A DNA stretch of 64,000 nucleotides from NCBI GenBank assembly GCA_021811315.1, contig JAJZPF010000010.1, forward strand, positions 3,109-67,108, in the 5' to 3' direction. Position 1 is the stretch's first letter, and every line of letters starts with the position of its first letter. The notes under the pieces were generated by a model. That model worked only from the letters and a program-made list of their open reading frames with translations, made no database searches and was not told the DNA's origin. Source of the stretch: a bacterium. GTDB taxonomy: Bacteria > Elusimicrobiota > Elusimicrobia > Elusimicrobiales > UBA9959. A program made the position numbers and the translations under genes. Positions 26,901 to 35,307 of this stretch are shown here, piece by piece.

Positions 26901-29740
26901 ATCGCCACTACCCGCCCGTCCCTGAGCAGGGTCGCGGTATGCGCGTACCTGGCGGTGTTCAGATCTCCGCCGGCGCTGAAAGTGCGGTTCAGGTAATCGT
27001 ACTCTTCGGTTTCCTTCACCGCGCCGAAGGCGTTGACGCCGCCCGTCATAAGGACGTTGCCGCTCCTCAGCAGGGTGGCCGTATGCTGGGACCTGCCGGT
27101 GGTCATCGAACCGGAGGTCTGCCAGTAGGCGGTGGAGGAGATATACAGTTCGGTGGTGGCGGCGTAGCTGTTCAGCGTGCCGCCGCCGGCTACAAGGACG
27201 TTGCCGTCGGGCAGCAGCGTGGCCGTGTGGTTCTGCCTGCCTTCGGCCATCGAAGTGGTGGGCCGCCATCTCTGCGTGTCCGGATAATAGATCTCGGCCG
27301 AGTCGGCCGCCGCGCTCAGCGGCGTGACCCCGCCGGTCACCAGCACATTGCCGTTAGGCAGCAGCGTGGCGGTATGCCTGGACCTGGCCACGCTCATCGA
27401 GCCGGTGGGCGTCCATTTCTTGGTCTCCGGGTCCATCAGTTCGCAGCTGTCCAGTTGCTTCGCGCCGTCCGTGCCGCCGCAGGTCAGTATCTGCCCCGAC
27501 CTGAGCATGGTGCTGGTATGGAAAGCCCTCTTGGTATTGAGCTTTTCCGAGACGGCCCAGTTCTTGGTGACCGGGATGAAAGCTGTGATGGAGTCCCTCG
27601 CGGTGAAAGTTTTCGCGGTCCGCAGGCAGTCCGCGGCCGGGGCGGCTTCGCAGTTCCTCCCCCCCAATATCAGCGTGTCGGCCGCCGGGGTTACCAACGC
27701 GGTATGGTTGAACACCGGGGCGCCGAGGGTCGGCGACACGTCGGTATCCGTCAGGTCCTTCCAGGTGTTGTCCCTGGGCGTGAAGCCGAGCGCGCTGGAG
27801 AAGATCATTTCCCTTATAACTATGTCCGAGCGGCCGTAGTTGAGCGTCGGGTAGTTGTCGCCGGTCCAGATCTCGTCGGCGGTATAGGGCAGGTCCATCG
27901 TTACGCTCAGCAGGCCGCCGGCGGCGTTCAAAGGCGAGTTAAGCGTGGTGGCCGAGGAAATATTGGTCAATATCCCGGTCACGGACCCCGCGCCGGTGAA
28001 AGTCATCGTGGTCTTGAACAAGCAGGTGTTCACGTCGCAGGAGGTGGGAGTGGGGATATCTATGTCGTCGTAGGCGCCGGCGTCCAGGGTGATGCTGTAG
28101 ACAGCGCTCGGATCCGTTATCGTGCCGGAATTTAGGGTGCCTCTGCCTTTAATGCCGCGATAAATTTTCGGCAGGTTGATCCCGATCCAGCCCGTCAGGG
28201 TCCCGGTAAAATTAACGGGGGCGCTGCCGGTGGAGAGCGGCGAGGCGAAAGCGAGGTTGGAGACGGTTACCGTCAGGCCCGTGGTCATGGAAGGGTCGGA
28301 GGAGACGGACTCTTTTGTAAAGGTAGCGGTGCCGGTCGGGTTCGTCAGCTTCATGATGCCGTCAAAGCTGCCCGGCTTGTGGAGATCGTCTATAAGGGTG
28401 CCCACCGCGTAGCCGTCCAGGGCCGCCGTGCTGTGGTTAAGGAACACTTTCGCGTTCAGGATGGCGATAGAGGGATTTTCAGCCGGCTTCTCGGGTTTTG
28501 AGAAAAAGGCGTCGGCGTTCACCAGCCTGCCGGAGACGGGCCTGGAGAGGGGCGTTTCCACCGGAAATTTTATCGTGCTGGAGGGGAGCACGTTCGCGGT
28601 GGTGGCGCCGGTCTTCTGCAGGCGGATGACGGAGTCGTCCGCCAGCGGCGGGGAGGCGGTGAAGACGGTGCGGACTATGCCGCCGTAGCCGCCATGCATG
28701 TTCCAGCCGCCGTCGGGCCGCAGCGCGGCGGAATGCTTGTGCACCCTGTACGGCGCGGTTCCGAAATAGGATTCTCCCAGCACCGTGCGCCCGCCGTTCT
28801 GGTCGAAATACTCCATGCCGTCCAGGTAGCCGTGGCTGCTGAAGTCCTGGGGGCCGTTGCCGTAGCCCCAATAGTATTCATCCCCGAAGTCCGCGGTGGT
28901 CCAGCAATCCTCTCCCTGCGCGGAGGAGGACATCGTGCTCGGGCTGCACTTATAAGTGTCGACGCCGTTGTAGCCGCCCGCTATCACGATCACCCCGTTG
29001 TTCAGCACCGTGGCGGTATGGTCTATCCTGCCCTGCAGCAGGGCGTCCTTGGGGGTCCAGGAGCCGGCCAGGGTATCCGGGGTGTAGACTTCGTTCATCG
29101 GCTCGTAGATCCAGGCGGTATTCAGCGCGTTGCGCCTCTTGCCGCCGGTGACAAAAACTTTCCCTGACCGCAGGAGGACGGCGGCGTGGCCTATGCGCGG
29201 GCTGAGCATGGCCGCGGTGTCGGAGATGGTGTCGTCGGCGGGGTTGAAAAGGTCGCAGTCTCCGGTCAGGGCGGTGGCGGCTCCGGTCTGGCCGCCGCAG
29301 AGAAGTACGCGGCCGGCGCTGGCGCCCTTGGAAAGGAGGGTGGCGGTATGTCCCCCCCTGGCCGGGTTCATGACGGCGCCTATCGCGGCGCAGGATTTCG
29401 CTTTAGGGTCGCAGATCGCCAGAGAGTTAAGCGGCGTTCCCGAGTTGAAGCCGCCGGCTATCAGCACCCTGCCGTCCGACATCAGCGTGGCCGTGTGCGA
29501 GGACCTTGCCCCGATGGCGCCGGCCCAGTTCTCGTAATCGTTGGTGGCCATGTTATACATCTGCACGCTGGCCGTGGGGGCGTTCCCGGAGCCCGTGACG
29601 CCCCCCGTTATAAGGAGGTTGCCGTCGGGCAGGAGCGTTATGGCGTGGCTGTGGCGGGCCAGTAAAGCCACCGCCCCCGCGTCCGGCGTAAAGGAGGCCA
29701 GAGCGAGGACCAATAAAGGAAGGACTTTTCTGAAATTCAT
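23993..29740 (-). CDS. 1915-aa secreted surface protein: signal peptide, two Kelch-type beta-propeller regions, about 6 FN3-like repeats, T9SS-type (Por_Secre_tail / FlgD-Ig-like) C-terminal domain
   Basis: Repeated HTATLLPDGNVLVAGG-type Kelch blades; FN3-like units (ITWSWN...YNVY..., LEWT...YEV..., LQWD...YEIR); C-terminus YPNPF...VRIYTLSGDKV...WKGVNKSGYQVASGIYLVVV. Confidence 0.85.
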   Translation of the reverse strand: MNFRKVLPLLVLALASFTPDAGAVALLARHSHAITLLPDGNLLITGGVTGSGNAPTASVQMYNMATNDYENWAGAIGARSSHTATLMSDGRVLIAGGFNSGTPLNSLAICDPKAKSCAAIGAVMNPARGGHTATLLSKGASAGRVLLCGGQTGAATALTGDCDLFNPADDTISDTAAMLSPRIGHAAVLLRSGKVFVTGGKRRNALNTAWIYEPMNEVYTPDTLAGSWTPKDALLQGRIDHTATVLNNGVIVIAGGYNGVDTYKCSPSTMSSSAQGEDCWTTADFGDEYYWGYGNGPQDFSSHGYLDGMEYFDQNGGRTVLGESYFGTAPYRVHKHSAALRPDGGWNMHGGYGGIVRTVFTASPPLADDSVIRLQKTGATTANVLPSSTIKFPVETPLSRPVSGRLVNADAFFSKPEKPAENPSIAILNAKVFLNHSTAALDGYAVGTLIDDLHKPGSFDGIMKLTNPTGTATFTKESVSSDPSMTTGLTVTVSNLAFASPLSTGSAPVNFTGTLTGWIGINLPKIYRGIKGRGTLNSGTITDPSAVYSITLDAGAYDDIDIPTPTSCDVNTCLFKTTMTFTGAGSVTGILTNISSATTLNSPLNAAGGLLSVTMDLPYTADEIWTGDNYPTLNYGRSDIVIREMIFSSALGFTPRDNTWKDLTDTDVSPTLGAPVFNHTALVTPAADTLILGGRNCEAAPAADCLRTAKTFTARDSITAFIPVTKNWAVSEKLNTKRAFHTSTMLRSGQILTCGGTDGAKQLDSCELMDPETKKWTPTGSMSVARSRHTATLLPNGNVLVTGGVTPLSAAADSAEIYYPDTQRWRPTTSMAEGRQNHTATLLPDGNVLVAGGGTLNSYAATTELYISSTAYWQTSGSMTTGRSQHTATLLRSGNVLMTGGVNAFGAVKETEEYDYLNRTFSAGGDLNTARYAHTATLLRDGRVVAIGGSNNYLSQITAEIYTAGAWTYLPLLNMDRANHRSLLLPNGKIMITGGETPGYSLTLAEGFDPDFPVFSLQSEMTSGRANHTTVLTKDNYVLNIGGWDGSKCLDTTDLAYFSFSPDTDGLDAEIVRQPTISSSTLLFNQGHNVTLLSNTSNFHGISEASGGAAGPANSSQSNPRIYIQQLDNPSGFITELSTRIYSWYGGPNTAWETTLSSISVVMPTAAGELPHGFYNMRVAANGVFSDGRTVQVTVARPDGTPSVATGTVLGVSSITWSWNRGNVTSADGYNVYSATDSLFITTVAFFNDSNTVFYTQTGLAPNTAASVMVSAYNLGGNGALSKSTTYYTLAAVPTPLNITAASFETAALEWTRNNNSEITTYEVSMSPAKAPPFSSTLDISTPVPFSVNYTSTSTVIAALSANQKYDFRVRAKNGAGIITDFTNYATTITVSAVNNFTGEALSSSTINWSWDDALGATYYEVYDITAGSMNAVFLGSATAGSFSQTGLLANRSYQAAVDAVNDSEGSGPIRGPISWAAPVFTLTVAALPATPNIYTNVSTGSINANWITNGNSTWTVYRLTGSLDSTFSAPNTLETTDSFFSFTNLSPNVRYYLRLTPINGDGIEGTTLNLGSKYTLAKVPASLAATDISMSGITLQWDTEDNSGETIYEIRSSTNENFSAPITTPVEFARYLTANTAFVNGLLTSTTYYFDVAARNGEYAVTARKRAPAAFTLAGPSGAPSGSIGGTSDPYAAATISGSLPNNRTVDMYIPAASFPAKTAIAISSSTRNDCGYLPGGIPVGVEIFSENGAQPQSPVTFTLHFDKDADATKNDIITNASQIVLARYNPDTQQCLPLETVVSVGDRTIKATLNHFSLFQLMKRVAASNLAGVLIYPNPFYPNRGQGFVTIDKIPASAKVRIYTLSGDKVWETTSGTTGVVIWKGVNKSGYQVASGIYLVVVDASSGKKVFKLAVER

Positions 29741-29812
29741 ATAGCGCCCACGGATAGTCTACAAAAAGCCTGTTACAGGATTGTTAACAAAATTTGAACT
29801 TTGGCTAGAAGC

Positions 29813-30340
29813 CTAATTCACGCTTATCAGGGAGTCGCCGGTCGGTGCTTTGGGTTTGCCCGGGTCCAGTTTTTTCTTGCCGTCCACGGTGAAATGGTAG
29901 GGATAGGTGCCCGGCAGGATATAGACGTCGGTTTTCCAGACGCCGTCCTTCTTCGTCATCTTCTTTTCTTTCCAGGAGGTGAAGCTGCCGGCTATCAGCA
30001 CCGATTTGGCTTTTGCGTTCTTGTATTCGAAAGCCGTTTTCACGGCTTTGGTCTTATCGGCGTCGCCTTTGGCGGGCGCGGCCGGTCCCTTCGTCGCGGG
30101 CTTGGCTTCTTCCCCGGCGTCTTCTTTGTCCGCTTCGTTCATTCTGGCTATAGCCGCGGCCCTGGCGGCGGAGGAATCTTCTTCCTCCTCCTGCGCGAGC
30201 GGCACGGGTACCGGTTTCACCTCTATAGTGTCGCCGGAGAAATGCAGGGACATGCGCCCGTAGATGGAATAGCCGGCAAAAGCCATGACGGCCAGGCTGA
30301 TAAGCGCCGCGGCCGCCCAGAATTTTTTGGATTTAGTCAT
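29813..30340 (-). CDS. Membrane-anchored protein with a CBM48/AMPK-beta-type glycogen-binding domain
   Basis: N-terminal TM; C-terminus SVLIAGSFTSWKEKKMTKKDGVWKTDVYILPGTYPYHFTVDGKKKLDP. Confidence 0.7.
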   Translation of the reverse strand: MTKSKKFWAAAALISLAVMAFAGYSIYGRMSLHFSGDTIEVKPVPVPLAQEEEEDSSAARAAAIARMNEADKEDAGEEAKPATKGPAAPAKGDADKTKAVKTAFEYKNAKAKSVLIAGSFTSWKEKKMTKKDGVWKTDVYILPGTYPYHFTVDGKKKLDPGKPKAPTGDSLISVN

Positions 30341-30379
30341 TGAATTTTTTGAGTATTCTTCCCTATCTTCTTTAATCAG

Positions 30380-30494
30380 GCGAGCGTCAGCGAGCTTCTT
30401 GAATAAATCTTATCCCCTAATCCCCTCTTATAGCGGGCTTCTTGAATAATCCCCATCCCCCTCTTAAGCGGGCGACAAGCGAGCGTCAGCGAGC
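30380..30494. repeat. Repeat cluster downstream of the tRNA: exact 16-mer GCGAGCGTCAGCGAGC (30380-30395, 30479-30494) bracketing two units of about 43 nt that start GCTTCTTGAATAA (30394, 30437)
   Basis: Read directly. Confidence 0.75.
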
Positions 30495-30574
30495 ACTCCC
30501 CATAAGGAAGATTCCCATCGCCCACGCATAATGTGGCTATGGGAAAATAATGAAACCGCACTAACACTGAAAAA

Positions 30575-30644
30575 GCGGGCGATGGGAATCGAACCCACGT
30601 CTAATGCTTGGGAAGCACTCGTACTACCATTGTACGACGCCCGC
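30575..30644 (-). tRNA. tRNA-Gly, anticodon CCC
   Basis: Minus strand reads GCGGGCG TC GTAC AATGGTA GTAC G AGTGC TTCCCAA GCATT AGAC GTGGG TTCGATT CCCAT CGCCCGC and folds as a cloverleaf; CCA is not encoded. Confidence 0.9.
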
Positions 30645-30698
30645 GTTTTTCTGCCGCTCAGTAAAAAGATCAACTGCCTAAGGAACTAATACCCGTAA

Positions 30699-30727
30699 AT
30701 TCTACTTAAAACCCAGATAGATTTCAA
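30699..30727 (-). promoter_or_regulatory. Sigma70-type promoter TTGAAA-N17-TAGAAT upstream of tRNA-Gly
   Basis: Minus strand reads TTGAAAtctatctgggttttaagTAGAAT, about 55 nt upstream of the tRNA 5' end. Confidence 0.5.
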
Positions 30728-30732
30728 TATTA

Positions 30733-31290
30733 TTATTGTTTCTTTATAAGATTCAGGAATTCTTCCCTTACTTTGCTGTCGGTCCGGAAGACGCCCAGCA
30801 TGGAGCTGGTGGTGGCGAAAGAGGTCTCGTTCTTCACCCCGCGCATGCTGACGCAGAGATGCTCCGCCTCCATCACTATGCCCACCCCGCGCGGCTTAAG
30901 CTCCTTGAACAGGGTGTCCGCTATTTCCACGGTAAGCCGCTCCTGTACCTGGAGGCGGCGGGCGAAAGCCTCCACCAGGCGCGGGATCTTTGAAAGGCCC
31001 ACTATGCGCTTGTTCGGGATATAAGCCACGTGGGCTTTGCCGAAGAAAGGCAGCATGTGATGTTCGCAGAGCGAGTAAAAAGCTATATCCTTTACTATCA
31101 CCATCTCGTGGTACTTGGCCTTGAAGAAGGCGCCGTTGAAGACCTTGGCCATGTCGGCGTTATAGCCGGAGGTTATTTCGCGCAGGGCCCGCGCCACGCG
31201 CTGCGGGGTTTTCTTCAGGCCTTCCCTCCGCGGGTCCTCACCCAGGGATCTGAGGATCTGCAGTGCTGCCGTTTCAAGCGGGTCTTTCAT
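30733..31290 (-). CDS. folE: GTP cyclohydrolase I
   Basis: SLCEHHMLPFFGKAHVAYIP, VGLSKIPRLVEAFARRLQVQERLT. Confidence 0.9.
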   Translation of the reverse strand: MKDPLETAALQILRSLGEDPRREGLKKTPQRVARALREITSGYNADMAKVFNGAFFKAKYHEMVIVKDIAFYSLCEHHMLPFFGKAHVAYIPNKRIVGLSKIPRLVEAFARRLQVQERLTVEIADTLFKELKPRGVGIVMEAEHLCVSMRGVKNETSFATTSSMLGVFRTDSKVREEFLNLIKKQ

Positions 31291-31319
31291 GCTTATAATT
31301 TTACTAGTTTTGAAAGCAT

Positions 31320-31344
31320 AAAAAAATCCCCCGCGCGGGGCGGA
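31320..31344 (-). terminator. Rho-independent terminator after the 31382..32002 gene
   Basis: Minus strand reads CCGCCCCGCGCGGGGGA followed by TTTTTTT. Confidence 0.6.
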
Positions 31345-31381
31345 GGATCTTTTCGCGGATCAGGCGGGGTTTCTTTCCCGC

Positions 31382-32002
31382 TTACTGCGACGCGATATAC
31401 AGCCATTTGCTGGTAGCGGCGAGGTCGCGCGAGGCCGCGCGCAGGTTCCTGACGTCGGCGGAAAGCTTCTCGACCGCGGCCTTTTCATCCAGGATCTGGG
31501 TCAGCTTTTTGCCGCGGACCTTCTTGCCGCCCTTCGAGGAGACGGCGTCGCGCATGGAGGCTTTTTTGTTCTTTGCGGCCAGCTGCGCCACCAGGACGTT
31601 CACTTTGCCCACCTTGCGGTTGACCTTGCGGCTGTAGCTGAGGATGGTGTTCGTGTAGTTGGACAGGGCGGAGCCGGGCTGGATGGAGGAGAACTCCGTC
31701 TTGTTGAGGGAGGAAATGTGCTTGAGATTGCCGGCTATCGTCTTCAGGCTGACTCCGAGAGCGGCCAGGTCCTCCGCCCCGGCGGGGCCGCTGGAGGAAT
31801 CCAGGGTCTCGAGGGCTTCGTCCAGGTATTCGTCCTGGCGCACCAGTTTGAAGAGGATATCCTTGAATTCTTTTATTTTCCCGTCCTGCTGCTTCACGGA
31901 GGGGGTCTGTATGAGGACGGTCTTTTCCGCGGTGTCCGCGAAAGCCAGGCCCAGGCCCGCTATAAGTATGAGCCCCGCTGAAAGTATCGATTTGTTTTTC
32001 AT
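31382..32002 (-). CDS. Secreted hypothetical protein (206 aa)
   Basis: Start at the ATG at 32002 preceded by GGAGGA; signal peptide MKNKSILSAGLILIAGLGLAFA; no family recognised. Confidence 0.55.
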   Translation of the reverse strand: MKNKSILSAGLILIAGLGLAFADTAEKTVLIQTPSVKQQDGKIKEFKDILFKLVRQDEYLDEALETLDSSSGPAGAEDLAALGVSLKTIAGNLKHISSLNKTEFSSIQPGSALSNYTNTILSYSRKVNRKVGKVNVLVAQLAAKNKKASMRDAVSSKGGKKVRGKKLTQILDEKAAVEKLSADVRNLRAASRDLAATSKWLYIASQ

Positions 32003-32125
32003 TATTCTTCCTCCATCCTGTAGGTATAGTCTACCTTCAGGAGGGCGGAACCGCATGGGCCTTGCGACTACATCCATAAATAAAAAAGGCCTACGCCGTC
32101 GTAGGCCTTTCGGGTAAGCGCGGCT

Positions 32126-33607
32126 CTACCCCATTCCCTTCAGGGCTTTCAGGGCCTGCTCGCGGGTCTTTATTTTCCCCTCGAACTGCAGCAGGTGGAT
32201 CTTTTCCAGGAGCTCGCCCACCTTGGGGCCTTCCGGCAGTTTCAGGGTTTTTATCACGTCATTGCCGTCGATCAGCCTGGCCGAGCGGGACTTCATGTTC
32301 TTCTTTATGTAAACCCTGAAGAGCTGGCTGAGCACCTGCATATAGCGCAGGGTCTTTTTCGGAGAATTATAGGGGAGGCCGGCCGGGAGCGGCGCCGGCG
32401 GGTTTTGCAGCTTTCTCTTCAGCCCTTTAAGCTGGCCGGAGGAAATATAGCTCGCGTGGTCGGCCCAGGAAAGCGCGAGCAGCGGGACGGTATGCTCCCC
32501 CATCGTCCTGAAGAAGCGGAACATCGCCCTGTCGGAAATGATATCGTTGGCGGCCAGATTGCCGGGGCGCAGGTGCGTGCCTATTATTTTCGAGACCAGG
32601 CGGATGTCCTCGCGCGAAAAGCGCAGCCGCTCCATCACCTTCTCCGCCATTACCGCGCCGTATTCCTCGTGGCCGAAGAAGCGCAGGCGGCCTTTTATCA
32701 TGGCGGCTTTCGGCGGCTTGGCGATGTCGTGCAGCAGGGCGGCGAATTTCATGACGCGCGGGGCCGGCATCAGCTCCGCCACTTTTTTATATTCCGGCAG
32801 GTAAACGGGGAGGTTCTCGAAAAGGTGGTCCATGCGCTCGACTACCAGCAGCGTGTGCTTGAGCACCCCGCCCTTGCCGTAATAGGCGGTGGCGCAGGTT
32901 TCCTGGGCCGCCAGGTCGGGGAAAATGGCGGTTAGCAGGCCGTGCTTGTGCATCAGCGCCAGCCATTTGTGGGAGACGGGGCTTTCGAAAAGGCGCAGCA
33001 GCTCTTCCCTCACGCGCTCCTGCGCGGTGGAGGCTATCAGGGCGGCGTGCTTTTTCACGGCTTTGAGCGCGTCCGGGGTCACGCTGAAATCCAGCGCGGC
33101 GGCCACGCGGAAGGCCCGCAGCAGGCGCACCGGGTCCTCGGTGAAAATGGCGTCCGAGACCGGCCTGACTTTTTTCGCGGCCAGGTCTTTCAGTCCCCCG
33201 GCCCGGTCGATCACTTTCGACCTGTCGAGGCGCAGCCTGAAAGCCCCGGTCTTTTTATCCGCGGTGAAAACGGCGGAAGGCGTAAGCTTGTAGGCCAGGG
33301 CGTTCACGGTGAAGTCCCGCCTGCCCAGGTCGGCTTCCAGGGCGCCGCCGACGAAGGGCATGACGTCCAGCTGGCAGAACGGGGCCTTGCGCTGCGCCAG
33401 GCGGTAAACCTGCGCTTCTTCGTCGAGCGGGAAGCAGGACGCGCCCAGCTTGCGGGCCAGGCGCCGGGTTTTTTCCTTGAAATCCGCGGAGGGCGGCACC
33501 GCCAGGTCGATGTCCTTGAAAGGGCGCTTCAGGAGCGCGTCGCGCAGCGCTCCCCCTACCAGGTAAACTTCTTTGAAGACGCCGGTTATGTCGGCTGTGA
33601 GGTTCAT
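32126..33607 (-). CDS. cca: CCA-adding enzyme / poly(A) polymerase-family tRNA nucleotidyltransferase with an HD domain
   Basis: VYLVGGALRDALL..KDIDLAV; HD motif LLHDIAKP. Confidence 0.85.
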   Translation of the reverse strand: MNLTADITGVFKEVYLVGGALRDALLKRPFKDIDLAVPPSADFKEKTRRLARKLGASCFPLDEEAQVYRLAQRKAPFCQLDVMPFVGGALEADLGRRDFTVNALAYKLTPSAVFTADKKTGAFRLRLDRSKVIDRAGGLKDLAAKKVRPVSDAIFTEDPVRLLRAFRVAAALDFSVTPDALKAVKKHAALIASTAQERVREELLRLFESPVSHKWLALMHKHGLLTAIFPDLAAQETCATAYYGKGGVLKHTLLVVERMDHLFENLPVYLPEYKKVAELMPAPRVMKFAALLHDIAKPPKAAMIKGRLRFFGHEEYGAVMAEKVMERLRFSREDIRLVSKIIGTHLRPGNLAANDIISDRAMFRFFRTMGEHTVPLLALSWADHASYISSGQLKGLKRKLQNPPAPLPAGLPYNSPKKTLRYMQVLSQLFRVYIKKNMKSRSARLIDGNDVIKTLKLPEGPKVGELLEKIHLLQFEGKIKTREQALKALKGMG

Positions 33608-33630
33608 TTTTTAAGCCTTACTTCGGGAGT

Positions 33631-35226
33631 TTAATTGCCGGCCTGCGGCTCCGCCATCAGCGCGCCGGCCCGTTTTTCAAGTTCGCGTCTCAGCAGTTCG
33701 CGCTTCAGCACCTTCTGCAGGGTGTTCTTGGGCAGGGCCGTCACGACTTCCACGTCGCGGGGCCGCTTATAGGGGTCCAGGTGCGCCCGGATATATTTCA
33801 TCACTTCTGATTTTTCCAGCGGCAGCCCGGGCCTGGCGACGCAGAAGCATTTCATCGTCTCGTTGCCGGTTCCGTCCGGGACGCCTATCACGGCGTTCTC
33901 GAGCACCTTCGGATGCGCGTTTATCACCTGCTCGATCTGGGCCGGGAAGACCTTGAGGCCTTTCACTATCACCATGTCCTTCTTGCGGTCGCGGATGAAC
34001 AGGAAGCCGTCGGTGTCGAGCACGCCTATGTCGCCGGTCCTGAGCCAGCCGTCCCGGGTGAACAGGTCCTTCGTGGCGCTGTCGTTATCGTGGTAGCCGC
34101 GGGTTATGTTGGGGCCCTGCACGCAGATCTCCCCCTCTTCTCCGTGCTTAAGGTGGTTCCCGTTCTCGTCGACTATTTTAATAGTTACGCCGCGGATGGC
34201 TTTGCCTACCGAGCCGCGCTTGTTCGATTTCGGCGGGACGATGGTGACCACCGGGCTGGTTTCCGTAAGGCCGTAGCCCTCCAGGATCTGCAGGCCGAAA
34301 GCTTTGTGGAAGTGCTGGGAGATCGCGTGGTTGAGCGGCGCGGCGCCGGAAAGGCAGAGGCGGACCCGGCGCAGGCTCCAGAACCGGAGGAAGAATTTCT
34401 TCAGGCCTTTGGCTTCCTTTGCCAGCACGCCGAAGATCTGCGGGACGGCGATCAGCACGCTTACGCCTTCGCGGCCCATGGCCTGCAGCCAGAGCTTGGG
34501 CGGGGTGATGTTCTTTACGATGAGCGTCTTGGAGCCGAGCAGCATCGGCGTTATCACGTTGCCGGTCCACGAGAAAGTGTGGAACATCGGCAGGAGCGCC
34601 ATGAAGACGTCTTTCTTCGTCGGCTCGAGCGTGTGCATGGCGGCCCTGGAGTTCTCTATCATGTTGTGGTGGGTCAGCAGCACGCCTTTCGGGTGGCCGG
34701 TAGTGCCGGAGGTGTAAAGTATGGTGGCCACGTCGTGCTCGTGCGCGGCCGTCCTGCCGGCCTGCGGGTCGTGCCGGGCGCGCTCGAGGGCGGGCCAGAA
34801 CTCCGTGACCCCTTCCAGGCCGCAGGGATCCGCGGAGATTATGAAGAGGCCGGGGAGTTTCTTTTTTACCGAGGCGTAGGTTTTTACGAATTCTTTTTCG
34901 GTCACCACGCCCTTGCAGGCGGAATTCTCGAGGATGAAGCAGATCTCCTCGGCTTTGGAGACCAGGAAATTTACGGGCACGGCCACCGCGCCGATCTTTA
35001 CCAGGCCGAAATAGGCTATTACGAATTCCGGCGAGTTGCGGAGCACTATGGCCGCGCGGTCCCCTTTGCGCAGGCCCAGCTGCCGGAACAGGCCGGCGGC
35101 GCGGTCAACGGCGGAAAGGACTTCGGCCCAGGAGAGGCGGCTGTCCCCGGTCACGTAGGCCGAATCTTCCGGGTATTTGCCGGCGGTCTTCGCGAGGCAG
35201 GAATAGAGGTCTTTGGGTTCGCTCAT
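33631..35226 (-). CDS. fadD: Long-chain acyl-CoA ligase (AMP-binding family)
   Basis: ILYTSGTTGHPKGVLLTHHN, GYGLTETS, TGDIG..D.DGFLFIRDRKKD. Confidence 0.85.
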   Translation of the reverse strand: MSEPKDLYSCLAKTAGKYPEDSAYVTGDSRLSWAEVLSAVDRAAGLFRQLGLRKGDRAAIVLRNSPEFVIAYFGLVKIGAVAVPVNFLVSKAEEICFILENSACKGVVTEKEFVKTYASVKKKLPGLFIISADPCGLEGVTEFWPALERARHDPQAGRTAAHEHDVATILYTSGTTGHPKGVLLTHHNMIENSRAAMHTLEPTKKDVFMALLPMFHTFSWTGNVITPMLLGSKTLIVKNITPPKLWLQAMGREGVSVLIAVPQIFGVLAKEAKGLKKFFLRFWSLRRVRLCLSGAAPLNHAISQHFHKAFGLQILEGYGLTETSPVVTIVPPKSNKRGSVGKAIRGVTIKIVDENGNHLKHGEEGEICVQGPNITRGYHDNDSATKDLFTRDGWLRTGDIGVLDTDGFLFIRDRKKDMVIVKGLKVFPAQIEQVINAHPKVLENAVIGVPDGTGNETMKCFCVARPGLPLEKSEVMKYIRAHLDPYKRPRDVEVVTALPKNTLQKVLKRELLRRELEKRAGALMAEPQAGN

Positions 35227-35248
35227 TGATATTCTCTCGGGCTGCTAA

Positions 35249-35277
35249 ATTGTAGATAAAAGAAGGTCCTGTAACAA
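35249..35277 (-). promoter_or_regulatory. Sigma70-type promoter TTGTTA-N17-TACAAT upstream of the acyl-CoA ligase gene
   Basis: Minus strand reads TTGTTAcaggaccttcttttatcTACAAT, 22 nt before the ATG at 35226. Confidence 0.5.
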
Positions 35278-35278
35278 G

Positions 35279-35307
35279 GTTGTCCTGGCTTATGTTGTCC
35301 TGGCTTA
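35279..35307. repeat. Tandem duplication of a 14-mer GTTGTCCTGGCTTA (35279-35292, 35294-35307); the second copy contains the permease stop codon
   Basis: Read directly. Confidence 0.8.

Noticed and set aside
25020-28135. 525-aa minus-strand and 636-aa plus-strand ORFs inside the giant surface-protein gene
   Set aside because: They are alternative-frame or antisense reads of a gene with clear Kelch and FN3 repeats. Their products are His/Arg/Gly/Pro-rich low-complexity sequence with no domain patterns.
29781-29793. TTGTTAACAAAAT upstream of the giant gene, resembling the island palindrome TTGTTGAC..CAACAAAATG
   Set aside because: Only a short AT-rich match of about 10 nt. TTGTTA is also used as a -35-like hexamer at 35272-35277, so the resemblance is probably promoter-related or chance.
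30376-30673. 63-aa and 69-aa minus-strand ORFs around tRNA-Gly
   Set aside because: They overlap the tRNA gene and its repeat-rich flank and have no coding features.
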